Part shown: one piece after another, positions 9,266 through 18,812 of the stretch
How positions within the stretch are numbered: position 1 is the first letter of the stretch
Layout of the letters: every line of letters starts with the position of its first letter
IMG/VR virus record: IMGVR_UViG_3300014656_000050
Span: 1 to 40,668 of that record
Length of the DNA stretch: 40,668 nt
Strand: one strand, 5' to 3'
Origin: a virus
Taxonomy: Duplodnaviria; Caudoviricetes
Made by a program: the position numbers and the translations under genes
The notes under the pieces: model-generated
Told to the model about the DNA's origin: nothing
Database searches by the model: none
Seen by the model: the letters and a program-made list of their open reading frames with translations, nothing else

Positions 9266-10123
9266 ATGCAACGCGACATAAACTTTTATAGAAATCTTGT
9301 GGCCCACGATGTCATCACATTGATGCGTCCGCTTTTACAGCAGGCCGGTTTTCGCCTTCGGGACGTTGACGGAAAAATCGAGGCCACCTATACCACAATG
9401 ACGTGGGATTCCCCGTGGGTGCACGTCAGGCACGCGCCATGGGCGGACTGCTATCTGTGGCATAAAATAATCTTCGACGTAGTTCAGAAAATGGCGGAAC
9501 AAACGTGGCCCCCAAGCGATTGCCAAAATTGCTACAAGGTGGTCGTCCGTCCAAAAACGCTCGAGCAACTTTTTGAGCTTTATGACCTTGAATGCTCTCT
9601 CAATCTGCCGAGCAAATGTGGGATCGAAACAAGAGACACCGTTCATGGTCTCTACGGCGGATATTTTTACAATCGCGGCCTATCCCAGGGGTTGGCGTGT
9701 TACAACCTCGTTCGTGAAAAAGTTGACTTTTGGCCAGGCCTTGGGCCTGATGTCAAGGTAATTTTGAAGCGTGCTTGCACGGAATTTGAACACGCTTGTG
9801 GGCCATCTGACAAGTGGGGTATCACGAAAGATCAGCTCCATATTGAGGGACTGGTCAAGCTCCTTGTCGTTTCTGATAATGCCCTTCGCCGGCAACCAGA
9901 CCACCTGGTTCACAACATCCAACGCAAATGGGTCGAATGGGCTTACGCGCATGGCGACGAGACATATCAGAAATACCATGACGGTCCTCTATCCCCTGAC
10001 TACGTCACATATCATGCCATAACTGAAAACGGTGGCTGGCAAGAGACTGCGCAAAAAGTAGATCGTGGTGAGCTTGATCTTGAATCTGCCCTAAAAGTGG
10101 TGACAAATGATAAAGTATATTGA
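9266..10123 (+). CDS. hypothetical protein (Cys/aromatic-rich, enzyme-like)
   Basis: 285 aa; SD GAGGGGG; CQNC, KCGIETR, YGGYFY and KRACTEFE motifs; function unknown. Confidence 0.7.
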   Translation: MQRDINFYRNLVAHDVITLMRPLLQQAGFRLRDVDGKIEATYTTMTWDSPWVHVRHAPWADCYLWHKIIFDVVQKMAEQTWPPSDCQNCYKVVVRPKTLEQLFELYDLECSLNLPSKCGIETRDTVHGLYGGYFYNRGLSQGLACYNLVREKVDFWPGLGPDVKVILKRACTEFEHACGPSDKWGITKDQLHIEGLVKLLVVSDNALRRQPDHLVHNIQRKWVEWAYAHGDETYQKYHDGPLSPDYVTYHAITENGGWQETAQKVDRGELDLESALKVVTNDKVY

Positions 10124-10313
10124 TGTAAAACTGTTGACGAATGGTCCGAACGGCGGATATAGAATCGGCCAGGTCGTCAAGGTCGACCCCGCCCGCGCAT
10201 ACGCATGGATCCAACGCGGAGATGCCGAGATCTATGTTGGCGAAACAGAAAAGTCCATTGCCCAGATGGACGATATTGAGACGGCAACAAAGCCAAGAAG
10301 GCGGAAAAAATAA
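10107..10313 (+). CDS. small head-associated protein
   Basis: G-Y-IGQVVKVD---A--WIQRGDA and a basic tail, typical of the small gene between capsid and connector genes; TAATG overlap with the next gene. Confidence 0.65.
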   Translation: MIKYIDVKLLTNGPNGGYRIGQVVKVDPARAYAWIQRGDAEIYVGETEKSIAQMDDIETATKPRRRKK

Positions 10314-11278
10314 TGCTGGAACATCGGTCAATAGCGCGGACATTATATGCTGCGCCTGCCTCGGAACCGCTGTCGTTGGCCGATGTCAAGATATATTTAC
10401 GCCTCGACAGTGACACGTTCGCCGACTCTGTTGCAGAAACACAAACCATCAAGCCTTCGACTTGGGCGGTAACTCCGGCCTACGGAATTGTGGGAACCGG
10501 AGTTGACGTCCTGGGATCACAAACGCTCGTGGTGCTGAACGTCGGCACATGCGCGGGAACGTTGACTTCCAAAATCCAGGAATCAGACGACAATATTTCG
10601 TTTACCGATTGGACCGGGGGGGCATTTACCGTCAGGACTGCGGCCAATGATGAGACGACACAAGAGATCGAATATACCGGAGGGAAACAATATGTCCGCG
10701 TTGTGGCGACCGTTGCAAGTGACGTTTGTTCTTTCGGGGCAATGATAGTCGAGCGGACAGCAACCCATGCCGACGACGCGTTGTTATCCAGCTTGATCAC
10801 TACAGCACGCGTCCATGTTGAATCTGTAATCTGGGGTTCCTTGATTACCCAAATGTGGGATTTTTTCTGGGATCGGTTCCCAAGTTACGACCGTTTTAGG
10901 ATTCCCCGGGGGCCGCTTCAGGAGATCACAGGTGTTTATTACACGGACACCGATGGGACAGAAACTGAGTTTTTGAGCGATTATTATATCGTCGATACTG
11001 CCGGCAATCCTCCACACGTAAAGCTTGGATATGGTCAATCGTGGCCATCTCTCGAATTGTATCCCGTTAACCCAATCAGAATTAGAGCGGTGTGCGGGTT
11101 TGGTGACACGAGCACGGACATACCAACACCTATCCGCCAGGCAATGCTCCTGTATATTTCCACGCTCTACGAGCAGCGCACGGCTATTCTGACAACCGGG
11201 GCCGTTCCTAAATTGCTGCCAGCGCCTTTCGCTGTCGAGGCATTGTTGTCCCCGTATCGGGCATGGGTAGTGTCATAA
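10313..11278 (+). CDS. head-tail connector (gp6/phiE125 gp8-like) with inserted beta domain
   Basis: PASEPLSLADVKIYLRLD ... DDALLSSLITTAR-HVE, LITQ-W, IPTPIRQAMLL---LYEQR, EALLSPYR. Confidence 0.88.
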   Translation: MLEHRSIARTLYAAPASEPLSLADVKIYLRLDSDTFADSVAETQTIKPSTWAVTPAYGIVGTGVDVLGSQTLVVLNVGTCAGTLTSKIQESDDNISFTDWTGGAFTVRTAANDETTQEIEYTGGKQYVRVVATVASDVCSFGAMIVERTATHADDALLSSLITTARVHVESVIWGSLITQMWDFFWDRFPSYDRFRIPRGPLQEITGVYYTDTDGTETEFLSDYYIVDTAGNPPHVKLGYGQSWPSLELYPVNPIRIRAVCGFGDTSTDIPTPIRQAMLLYISTLYEQRTAILTTGAVPKLLPAPFAVEALLSPYRAWVVS

Positions 11279-11619
11279 TGGATCCAGGAAAAATCAATAA
11301 CAGAATCACGCTCCAAGCCCCCACGATTGTCCGAGACGATTATGGGGGCGAAACAAAAACGTGGACCGACGTTGCAACTGTTTGGGCGAATGTCAAACCT
11401 TTGTCCGGAAAAGAAATGGCCCGTGGACTTGACCAATATGGCGGCGGATCAGTCATTGAATCTGAAATATCCCACCGCGTTTGGATAAGGTTCCGGAGAG
11501 ACATCAGAACGTCATGGCGTCTAAAGTTTGGCTATAAATACCTTGACATTCAAGCCGTAATCAATATCGGATCAAACGATGTTGAGCTTGAAGTTCTGTG
11601 TCTGGAGCAAAATGCCTAA
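11278..11619 (+). CDS. head closure / head-tail adaptor (SPP1 gp16-like)
   Basis: GKINNRITLQ, DDYGG----WTDVATVWANVKPLSGKE, IRFRRDI; start taken at the TAATG overlap. Confidence 0.9.
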   Translation: MDPGKINNRITLQAPTIVRDDYGGETKTWTDVATVWANVKPLSGKEMARGLDQYGGGSVIESEISHRVWIRFRRDIRTSWRLKFGYKYLDIQAVINIGSNDVELEVLCLEQNA

Positions 11620-12016
11620 ATTGCGGGTAACAGGCCTGAATGAATTGAATGCCAAATTTTCTGCATTGTCAAAAGCAGTTGACTCGGACGAATTACAAGA
11701 ACGCATTTTCCAGGCCGCAAAAATAATCGGCGACGAGGCGATTCGAAGGGCTCCACGGGGAGAAACCGGAAATCTCAAATCCTCAATCGTAGCAAAAAAA
11801 TTTAAAAAAGTTCGCCCCGGCCAACCAGCGGCATTTGTGGGGATTGATTATTCGGTCGGGCCACATGCTCACCTGGTCGAGTTCGGCCACGGCGGCCCTC
11901 AACCAGCCCCTGCACACCCGTTTTTTAGGCCAGCTTGGGATTCTAAAAAAAAGGAGGCTGAAAAAATAATCGTCGACGGCGTGGCAAAACAGGTCGAATC
12001 CGAGGCGAGGAAGTAA
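11612..12016 (+). CDS. HK97 gp10-like tail component
   Basis: VTGLNEL, RAPRGETGNLKSSI, HLVEFG, PAHPFFRPAWD. Confidence 0.9.
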   Translation: MPKLRVTGLNELNAKFSALSKAVDSDELQERIFQAAKIIGDEAIRRAPRGETGNLKSSIVAKKFKKVRPGQPAAFVGIDYSVGPHAHLVEFGHGGPQPAPAHPFFRPAWDSKKKEAEKIIVDGVAKQVESEARK

Positions 12017-12424
12017 ATGGATATAGCGGCCGCTCTTAATAAATATCTCCTTTCTCAGTCAACCGTGGTGGCCATAGTGGGCGATAGGATCTATCCCATG
12101 AAATCGCCGGTTGACTGTGAATATCCGCTGATTGTCTACCAAGAGATCAGCGATATTCCCTACCACGCCATGGGTCAGGATGCGTCCATTTATTCTCCCA
12201 GGTTCCAGGTTTCAGTCTTTGCACAATCGTATTCATCGGCCAAAAACGTTTCGTCAGCCGTCAAATCGTCTTTACGCGATGCGACCGGAACATGGGGAGG
12301 CGTTAGCGGAGTCACCGTGGACCGGTGCCTTTTCGAGCTTGAGACCGAACGAGTTGACTTGGGAGACGACGACACAAATACGTTGTATTTTGTGTCTCAG
12401 GACTATATAATCTGGTATAGATAG
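12017..12424 (+). CDS. tail terminator/completion protein (DUF3168-like)
   Basis: VGDRIYP--P----YPLIVYQEIS, RFQVSVFA; position in the tail module. Confidence 0.85.
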   Translation: MDIAAALNKYLLSQSTVVAIVGDRIYPMKSPVDCEYPLIVYQEISDIPYHAMGQDASIYSPRFQVSVFAQSYSSAKNVSSAVKSSLRDATGTWGGVSGVTVDRCLFELETERVDLGDDDTNTLYFVSQDYIIWYR

Positions 12425-12477
12425 CCGACGGGCAATTGATCACTGCTTTGTCGACTCTCTTTCATCCCCCTCCCAAG

Positions 12478-12510
12478 GCCCGGTGTCATGCATGACGGCA
12501 CCGGGCTTTT
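12478..12510 (+). terminator. putative intrinsic terminator
   Basis: GCCCGGTG...CACCGGGC stem followed by TTTT, between the terminator-protein and tube genes. Confidence 0.55.
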
Positions 12511-12529
12511 GGTTTGCTGGAGTAAAAAA

Positions 12530-13282
12530 ATGGCCGTTGGCGCAGCATTAGAATATGGAATTTTGGTTGGCGGGTATGACCTGTCGGCCAAACACAAAAT
12601 GGTCAAGCTGGGCCTGTCGAAAGACACGCCCGAAAAAACGCAGTTCACCGAGACGACCAAGACCCGAGCCAGCGGATTGCATGACGCCGAGTTTGCCGGG
12701 GAGGGATACTGGGAGGCGGGAACGACCGGAGAACCGGATACCGTTCTTTACCCCTTGGTGGGCACGTCCAATACCCTAATCACCCTGTGCGCGCCAAGTA
12801 ATGCGGTGGGGAACATAGCCTATTCCGCCCAGGCGGGCCTTTTCCAATATTCTCCGGGGGCCAACATTGGAGAGGTTTTCGGATACAGCTGGTCGGGATA
12901 CGTTGATACCGCCAGGGTTGTCCGTGGAATTATTTTGGGCACTGGTGCAAAAACTTCAACTGGGAACGGAGCGGCTACACTGATTGGAGCCCTCGGAGCC
13001 AACCAGGAGTTATACGCAATCCTGCATGTAACCGCAGTTTCCGGAACCGACACTCCGACCATCACAGTTAAAATCCAATCAGATGATGCGGTTGGGTTTG
13101 CTGCTCCAACCGACCGGGTGACTTTTACCGCAAAAACAGCGATTGGGACGCAATGGGCAACGAAAATTGACGGGGATGTTTCCCCGATCACTGATACGTA
13201 TTGGCGGGCACAATGGACGGTGTCTGGGACCAATCCCAGTCTGACCATTTTGTCCAGCCTCGCAATAAACAACAAGATTTAA
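12530..13282 (+). CDS. tail-tube-like protein with C-terminal beta-sandwich domain
   Basis: Start at ATG 12530 (SD GGAG); ETTKTRASGLHD motif shared with the next gene; C-terminal TITVKIQSDD...YWRAQW. Confidence 0.65.
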   Translation: MAVGAALEYGILVGGYDLSAKHKMVKLGLSKDTPEKTQFTETTKTRASGLHDAEFAGEGYWEAGTTGEPDTVLYPLVGTSNTLITLCAPSNAVGNIAYSAQAGLFQYSPGANIGEVFGYSWSGYVDTARVVRGIILGTGAKTSTGNGAATLIGALGANQELYAILHVTAVSGTDTPTITVKIQSDDAVGFAAPTDRVTFTAKTAIGTQWATKIDGDVSPITDTYWRAQWTVSGTNPSLTILSSLAINNKI

Positions 13283-13294
13283 GGAGTCAATACA

Positions 13295-13714
13295 ATGGCC
13301 GTCTTTGCTTTGATGGATGCGAAAGTTTCTCTCCAGGTGGGTTCAAGTTCCGCCGTTTCGATTTCCTCTTACGTTACCGGAGGAACACTGGAACACTCAA
13401 ATGATCCTCTCGAAACTACGGCAATGGGGTCTACGACCAAAACGCGGACCTACGGTGTCCAGGATTGGACTGCAAAAATCGAGTTGAATCAGGATTTCAC
13501 TGTGATTGATGCTCTTTTGTGGTCTGCGCATAATGCGTCAGCGGTTACGTTAACCATCATTCCCGTTGACACGTCTGTCAGTGCAACAAACCCGCAGTAT
13601 GCCGGGAATGTGTTGCTGCCGAGTTACAGCCCGATCAGCCAAAACCATGGCGAACTGGCCAAGGTATCTCTGGATTTCGTGGCCAACGGGGCGCTTGCCA
13701 GGACCACATCCTAA
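13295..13714 (+). CDS. major tail tube protein
   Basis: SD AAGGAG; LETTAMGSTTKTRTYGVQDW, NPQYAG, GELAKVS--F---GAL; precedes the chaperone. Confidence 0.8.
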   Translation: MAVFALMDAKVSLQVGSSSAVSISSYVTGGTLEHSNDPLETTAMGSTTKTRTYGVQDWTAKIELNQDFTVIDALLWSAHNASAVTLTIIPVDTSVSATNPQYAGNVLLPSYSPISQNHGELAKVSLDFVANGALARTTS

Positions 13715-13741
13715 ACCGCAACAACTTTCCGGAGGGGGAAA

Positions 13742-14089
13742 ATGTCAAGTTTACGTGACCGCATTCTTGCGCGAAAGGGAAACCTAAAAAAAGAAGTCAT
13801 CGAGGTCGAGGAGTGGGGTGAACGGGTTGAGGTCCGTGAATTCACACTTCGACAACGGGACGATTTTGTCAAAGCGTCAAAGGACAACAAAGAAGACATC
13901 GCCCTGAGGTTGATCGTCTTCAACCTCTTTGACCCTGAGACAGGAGAACAGCTTTTTGGCGAAGAAGACTTTGCGGACCTCAAAGAGTTTTCCGCCCAGG
14001 TTATCGAGGACCTTGGTGAAAGAGTTATCGAACTTTCCGGTCTCAAGAAACGATTCGAGGAAGCGGTCAAGGCGCAGGAAAAAAACTAA
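13742..14089 (+). CDS. tail assembly chaperone (gpG-like)
   Basis: EVEEWG--VEVREFT--QRD, DPETGEQLF; ends in the slippery sequence A AAA AAC TAA. Confidence 0.85.
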   Translation: MSSLRDRILARKGNLKKEVIEVEEWGERVEVREFTLRQRDDFVKASKDNKEDIALRLIVFNLFDPETGEQLFGEEDFADLKEFSAQVIEDLGERVIELSGLKKRFEEAVKAQEKN

Positions 14090-14298
14090 CGGAATCCCCG
14101 GAGCTTTTTTTTGCCTATTCGTTGGCCGAAACTCTGGGGAAAACAGTGGATGAGATTTGGGAAATGTCGTTGTCAGAATTCCATGGTTGGATGGCATTTT
14201 CAAAAATGCGAAAAGAGCAACAGGATAGAGACAGGGAGCAAGCCAAAATCCGTGCTGAAATGGACCAAAAGATTAGGGACAGACGTGCAAGAAGGTAG
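14080..14298 (+). CDS. gpT-like extension of the chaperone made by -1 frameshift (fusion 13742..14298)
   Basis: The -1 frame reads LTESPELFFAYSLAETLGKTVDEIWEMSLSEFHGWMAF...RR*; absent from the ORF track. Confidence 0.85.
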   Translation, partial: KKLTESPELFFAYSLAETLGKTVDEIWEMSLSEFHGWMAFSKMRKEQQDRDREQAKIRAEMDQKIRDRRARR

Positions 14299-14304
14299 GA
14301 AACC

Positions 14305-17300
14305 ATGAGCACAAGTGTGGGCTCCCTTTTTGTCCGTCTGGGCCTTGATGCAACAGAATACCAGAAAGGTCTGGAGACGGCCGCAAGTAGGGCCGCTTCG
14401 TTCGGCCAGGGATTGACATCCCTGGGCAATAAAATGACGTTGGGGGTGACTCTCCCCATCGTCGCGGCCGGAACGGTCGCCGTTAAAACGTTTATGGATC
14501 TTGAGTCAGCGTGGACAGGGGTTGCCAAAACTATGTCAGGAGTTTCGGCAACAGAGTTGACAGCAATGCGAGGAGAGTTCGACAAACTTGCAACCACGAT
14601 TCCAGTAACAATCGAAGAGCTTTATGGCATTGGAGAAGCCGCTGGACAACTGGGCATAAAAAAAGAAAACGTGGTTAGTTTTACAAAAGTTATGGCCGAT
14701 CTCTCGGCGACCACAAACCTGGGGGCCGAAGAGGCCGCGACTTCGCTTTCACGTTTTGCGAATATTACCGGCATGAGCCAAAAGGATTTTGATCGTCTGG
14801 GGGCAACGATAGTCGAGCTTGGGAATAATTTTGCCACGAACGAATCATCTATTGTTTCCATGAGCATGAGGCTTGCGGCCGCAGGTGACGCGGCAAATAT
14901 GTCCGAACACCAAATTATGGCGTTCGCCACGGCGCTTTCATCTCTCGGGATTGAGGCGGAGATGGGCGGTTCTGCGTTTTCGAAATGGATAAAGGGGATG
15001 CAGACGGCTGTTTTTACCGGTGAAAATATAACGGAATGGGCTCGTGTTGCGGGGATGTCGGTTAAAGACTTTTCGCAAGTTGTCAAAACAGACGCGGCCC
15101 AGGCCATGAATAATCTGATCAAGGGATTTCAGAATATCAAAAACAGTGGAGGCAATCTCACAGGAGAAATACAAAACCTTATCGGGAAAAGCTATCTGAT
15201 GGCTGATGTTATGGGTCGACTTGCCGGATCAGGAGACCTTGTTACCCGGGCATTAACGTCGGGAAAAACCGCGTGGGCCGAAAACGTTGCGCTTGTCAAC
15301 GAAGCCAATCTTAGATATGGAACAATGTCAAGTCAGATGACAATGGCTAAAAACCAGGTCCGGCTTATGGCCAATGAATTTGGAAACGCGCTGGCCCCGT
15401 CAATTATTTCGATTGTTAAAGAGATTAAGCCTTGGATCCAATATTTAAAAGATTTAGACGAAGAAACAAAAACGTCTATCATTAAATGGGGTCTTTTTGT
15501 TGCCGCAATCGGTCCGGCGCTAAAAATACTTGGGGGTCTGACGACAGCCGTATCTGGGACAATCACAGTGCTCAAAGTTCTGGGGCCAGGTATTGTCACT
15601 GTTGTCAACGGGCTCATGTCATTCGGTTATGCCGCGTTAGGTCTCGCAAAAACTCTTGTGACTTCAACTATCCCTGCCATGGCCACCATGGCAGTCACAA
15701 TAGCACCCTTTGTGGTTGCATTCGGCGCTGTAAGTTGGGCGGTTCTTGAACTTATTGACAATTGGGACGAACTCGGAAAAACGTTCGACGCAATTGGAGC
15801 TGTTATCCGCCAAGAACTTTCGGCGATGGACAACAGAATATTGACTTGGAAAACAAACATAATCAGGTATGCCAGTGACGCATATGACAATATTGTTTAT
15901 TTTTTCGGACAATTGCCAAGTATGGTATCTCAATATATGGAGGAACTTTATAGCAGCATTGTTTCGTGGATTACCAAAAAGTGGTTAACAATCATCACGT
16001 GGACTGAGGATTTCGTTGAAAAAATTATTGGCTTTTTTGAGGTAATGCCCGGAAAGATTGGAGGATATTTCAAGGAAATTTATAATTCTGCAAAATCTTG
16101 GCTTGGAAATAAACTCCTTAGTGTTTTTGATTGGGTCATCGAAAAAATACATTCGGTATCAAGTGCGTTTGGCGATCTGTATGACGATGTCGTGGGCAAC
16201 TCGTATGTCCCAGACTTAGTTGACGGAATTGCCAAAAATTTTAGCAAGTTGCAAAAAAATATGGTTGACCCGGCCACCAGTGCGGCCGATAAGGTCAGCG
16301 CTGCTTTTTCTGATATAGGCCCCGCTGGTTTTGAATCGTCTACCACGAATGTTTCTGTGTATGTCGATTATTCGAGCGTTGAATCTGCGACTCAGGCCAT
16401 GGCGCGGCTATCACAAGAGATCGATTCGGTGTCCGACAAACTATCAGATTTTAACCGTGGTTTTTCTCTTGACAGAATTGACAACAGCCTGAGCGATATT
16501 TCAGATTCGTTTTACGCAACGTTCGACGAAATAACAGACGTCGTCAAAGAATTCGAGGAATCGTTTTTCGATAAATTTATTGAAGGCTCAAATGATGTAT
16601 CTTCCGGAATGAGCGACATGAATGTATCCGTGTTATCAGACCTTCAAATTTTAGAAAAAGAACTCAAAAATTTGTCCATGTACTACTCGGAACGTTTTGT
16701 CGACCTATGGCAAAGTAGGACCAGTGCATTACAGGAACACTCTTCGATCAATATACCAATAATCACGTCTCTTTTTAAATATCTACAAGACACAATAGAC
16801 AAAATAAACCCTGAACCAGTAGAGGACCTTTCCGACGCCATTGTTGACATGTCAGAAACTGCGGAGCCTCTTGACGATGTGAACGTTGTGCTCGGAACCC
16901 TGAAAAATACCATGTCAAGCTGGTCATCTGTTATGCCGGGAATCACGAGTAATCTTTCAAATATGGTCGCCCAAATAACCCCATGGACACAAGCTTTTGG
17001 TGCAAACGGATCATTTGCAAATTCGTTCGATGGATTTTCAACCAGTGTTGCCAGCCAAATTTCAAATTTGAAGACGCTGTGGATAGGATTAACTGGCAAC
17101 ATGAAAACGGCATGGGCCGATGCCGTGAACTTTATAAACACAACGTGGACTTCAAACTCATCAACCGTTTCGCCTTCATCTTCAGCAAGAGGTTCCAGCT
17201 CTATTTCGACAAATTCTGCTTCAACAAATGTGGCCGGAGGGATTGATTCAAACGCATTAATCCACCAATTAATGCAAGGCCTTTTCACAAACAGCACATA

Positions 17301-17739
17301 TTTTTCTGCTGGGGGTAGCGTCAACCAGATAGGATGGGATCCTGGCGGCTGGGGAAAATGGTATCAAATGGCTGATATCGGAAAAGAATTCCGGGCTTAT
17401 CAAACTGGGGTCCTTGATGCAGGATATTACGACCAGCTTCACACTGATACAAGATATTTCGATGCCGTTGCCAGAAAAGAGCAATGGCATGTTCCCAAAG
17501 AGGACGAATGGGCAGGTTACGATATAGTTGATAATTTTTTCAAACTTCCATATAAGGGCGGAAGGGGATATACCCAACATGACGGAATATCAGTCCCATA
17601 TTCAAACTCAAGCACCAACAACAACTTTTCCGTAAATATAAACGTCGACGGCATGTATTTTGACAATCCGACACAAAAGAAAAAGTTTATAAACATGGTT
17701 CAAGAAGGCTTGGCCCAAGTGTCCAAGAATTATTTCTGA
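14305..17739 (+). CDS. tape measure protein (TP901-type)
   Basis: VGSLFVRLGLD, TLGVTLPI, AAGQLGI, LGNNFAT, VVGNSYVPDLVDGI; 1144 aa; follows the chaperones. Confidence 0.95.
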   Translation: MSTSVGSLFVRLGLDATEYQKGLETAASRAASFGQGLTSLGNKMTLGVTLPIVAAGTVAVKTFMDLESAWTGVAKTMSGVSATELTAMRGEFDKLATTIPVTIEELYGIGEAAGQLGIKKENVVSFTKVMADLSATTNLGAEEAATSLSRFANITGMSQKDFDRLGATIVELGNNFATNESSIVSMSMRLAAAGDAANMSEHQIMAFATALSSLGIEAEMGGSAFSKWIKGMQTAVFTGENITEWARVAGMSVKDFSQVVKTDAAQAMNNLIKGFQNIKNSGGNLTGEIQNLIGKSYLMADVMGRLAGSGDLVTRALTSGKTAWAENVALVNEANLRYGTMSSQMTMAKNQVRLMANEFGNALAPSIISIVKEIKPWIQYLKDLDEETKTSIIKWGLFVAAIGPALKILGGLTTAVSGTITVLKVLGPGIVTVVNGLMSFGYAALGLAKTLVTSTIPAMATMAVTIAPFVVAFGAVSWAVLELIDNWDELGKTFDAIGAVIRQELSAMDNRILTWKTNIIRYASDAYDNIVYFFGQLPSMVSQYMEELYSSIVSWITKKWLTIITWTEDFVEKIIGFFEVMPGKIGGYFKEIYNSAKSWLGNKLLSVFDWVIEKIHSVSSAFGDLYDDVVGNSYVPDLVDGIAKNFSKLQKNMVDPATSAADKVSAAFSDIGPAGFESSTTNVSVYVDYSSVESATQAMARLSQEIDSVSDKLSDFNRGFSLDRIDNSLSDISDSFYATFDEITDVVKEFEESFFDKFIEGSNDVSSGMSDMNVSVLSDLQILEKELKNLSMYYSERFVDLWQSRTSALQEHSSINIPIITSLFKYLQDTIDKINPEPVEDLSDAIVDMSETAEPLDDVNVVLGTLKNTMSSWSSVMPGITSNLSNMVAQITPWTQAFGANGSFANSFDGFSTSVASQISNLKTLWIGLTGNMKTAWADAVNFINTTWTSNSSTVSPSSSARGSSSISTNSASTNVAGGIDSNALIHQLMQGLFTNSTYFSAGGSVNQIGWDPGGWGKWYQMADIGKEFRAYQTGVLDAGYYDQLHTDTRYFDAVARKEQWHVPKEDEWAGYDIVDNFFKLPYKGGRGYTQHDGISVPYSNSSTNNNFSVNINVDGMYFDNPTQKKKFINMVQEGLAQVSKNYF

Positions 17740-18812
17740 TGGGAACTACAAGAATTCTATACGACAATATAATTACGGACGCTGGATATTTGTCGGTGTC
17801 CAGCCAAAGATCCGGTCTTGTTTCGTCCGCCCTAAAATCTGGGACAGGATCTGCAACAATGACCACATCTGGATCATTCTCCGGGGCACAGGATCTTGAA
17901 TACGTCGTTGAAATAGATTCCGTTTCTGGAGGCGCTGAGGTTGGATCTGCGACGTTTCGGTGGTCGGGCGACGGTGGAAATACCTGGGATGCGGACGGTG
18001 TCACTACGAGCACTGCGGCCACTCTCCTGGGCGACGGGGTTTATATCGCGTTTACATCTGGCACCGGGGATGATTTTGTCCTCGGGGACAAATGGTATTT
18101 GAGGGGTATAAACTATTTCAATCCTGCCAAAATACTCGACGGCTCAAGAGACACGAGGTATCGTTCAAGCAGTCTGGATAACCCAAATTGGGTAAAAATT
18201 TCCTTGGGTGCTGCTGTTTCAGCAGATTGCATTGCCATCTATGATCACAATTTTTCGTCTGCCGCAGTGATCACGATTCAGGGCAATGCTGCAGATTCCT
18301 GGGGTGCTCCAACATTTTCAGAAACGATTACCTGGAACAGTTGCAAAATTCTCCATTATTTCGCGTCAACACAATCATTTCAATATTGGCGACTTGTGAT
18401 ATCGGACGAAACAAACGCGGCGGCCTATATCCAGATTTCAGAACTATGCCTGGGAGAATATCTTGCCCTTTCCCGTGCACCAGCGTGGGGGCGTGGCCGG
18501 GACAACGCTTTTGTGGGCCGAAGTTTGTCAACGGAATTCGGTTCGACGAAAAGGCTTTTTCGGAACTGGGCGACAACTCTTAATTATTCGTTTGACTTTT
18601 TGACCGTAACCGATGTTAACAATCTTTTTAGTATGCTTGACACAATATCAAGTCAAAATACAGGCAAAATATCTCCTATTTTTTTTAACGAGGTTTCAGA
18701 TACTCCCAACGAATTTTGGCTCGTTACGTTTGACAGCCTTGGTGAGAAATACGAATTCGACGGCAGATATTCTCTTGACCTGTCACTTTCCGAGGTAATG
18801 AAGAGTGCTTAG
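17739..18812 (+). CDS. putative distal tail protein with inserted beta/discoidin-like modules
   Basis: Follows the tape measure gene; F5/8C-like motifs LDGSRDTRYRS, WVKISLG, QYWRLVI, IQISEL. Confidence 0.6.
   Translation: MGTTRILYDNIITDAGYLSVSSQRSGLVSSALKSGTGSATMTTSGSFSGAQDLEYVVEIDSVSGGAEVGSATFRWSGDGGNTWDADGVTTSTAATLLGDGVYIAFTSGTGDDFVLGDKWYLRGINYFNPAKILDGSRDTRYRSSSLDNPNWVKISLGAAVSADCIAIYDHNFSSAAVITIQGNAADSWGAPTFSETITWNSCKILHYFASTQSFQYWRLVISDETNAAAYIQISELCLGEYLALSRAPAWGRGRDNAFVGRSLSTEFGSTKRLFRNWATTLNYSFDFLTVTDVNNLFSMLDTISSQNTGKISPIFFNEVSDTPNEFWLVTFDSLGEKYEFDGRYSLDLSLSEVMKSA

Noticed and set aside
14111-14308. 65-aa ORF in the track before the tape measure gene
   Set aside because: Wrong frame; the gpT-like sequence is in the frame ending at 14298.
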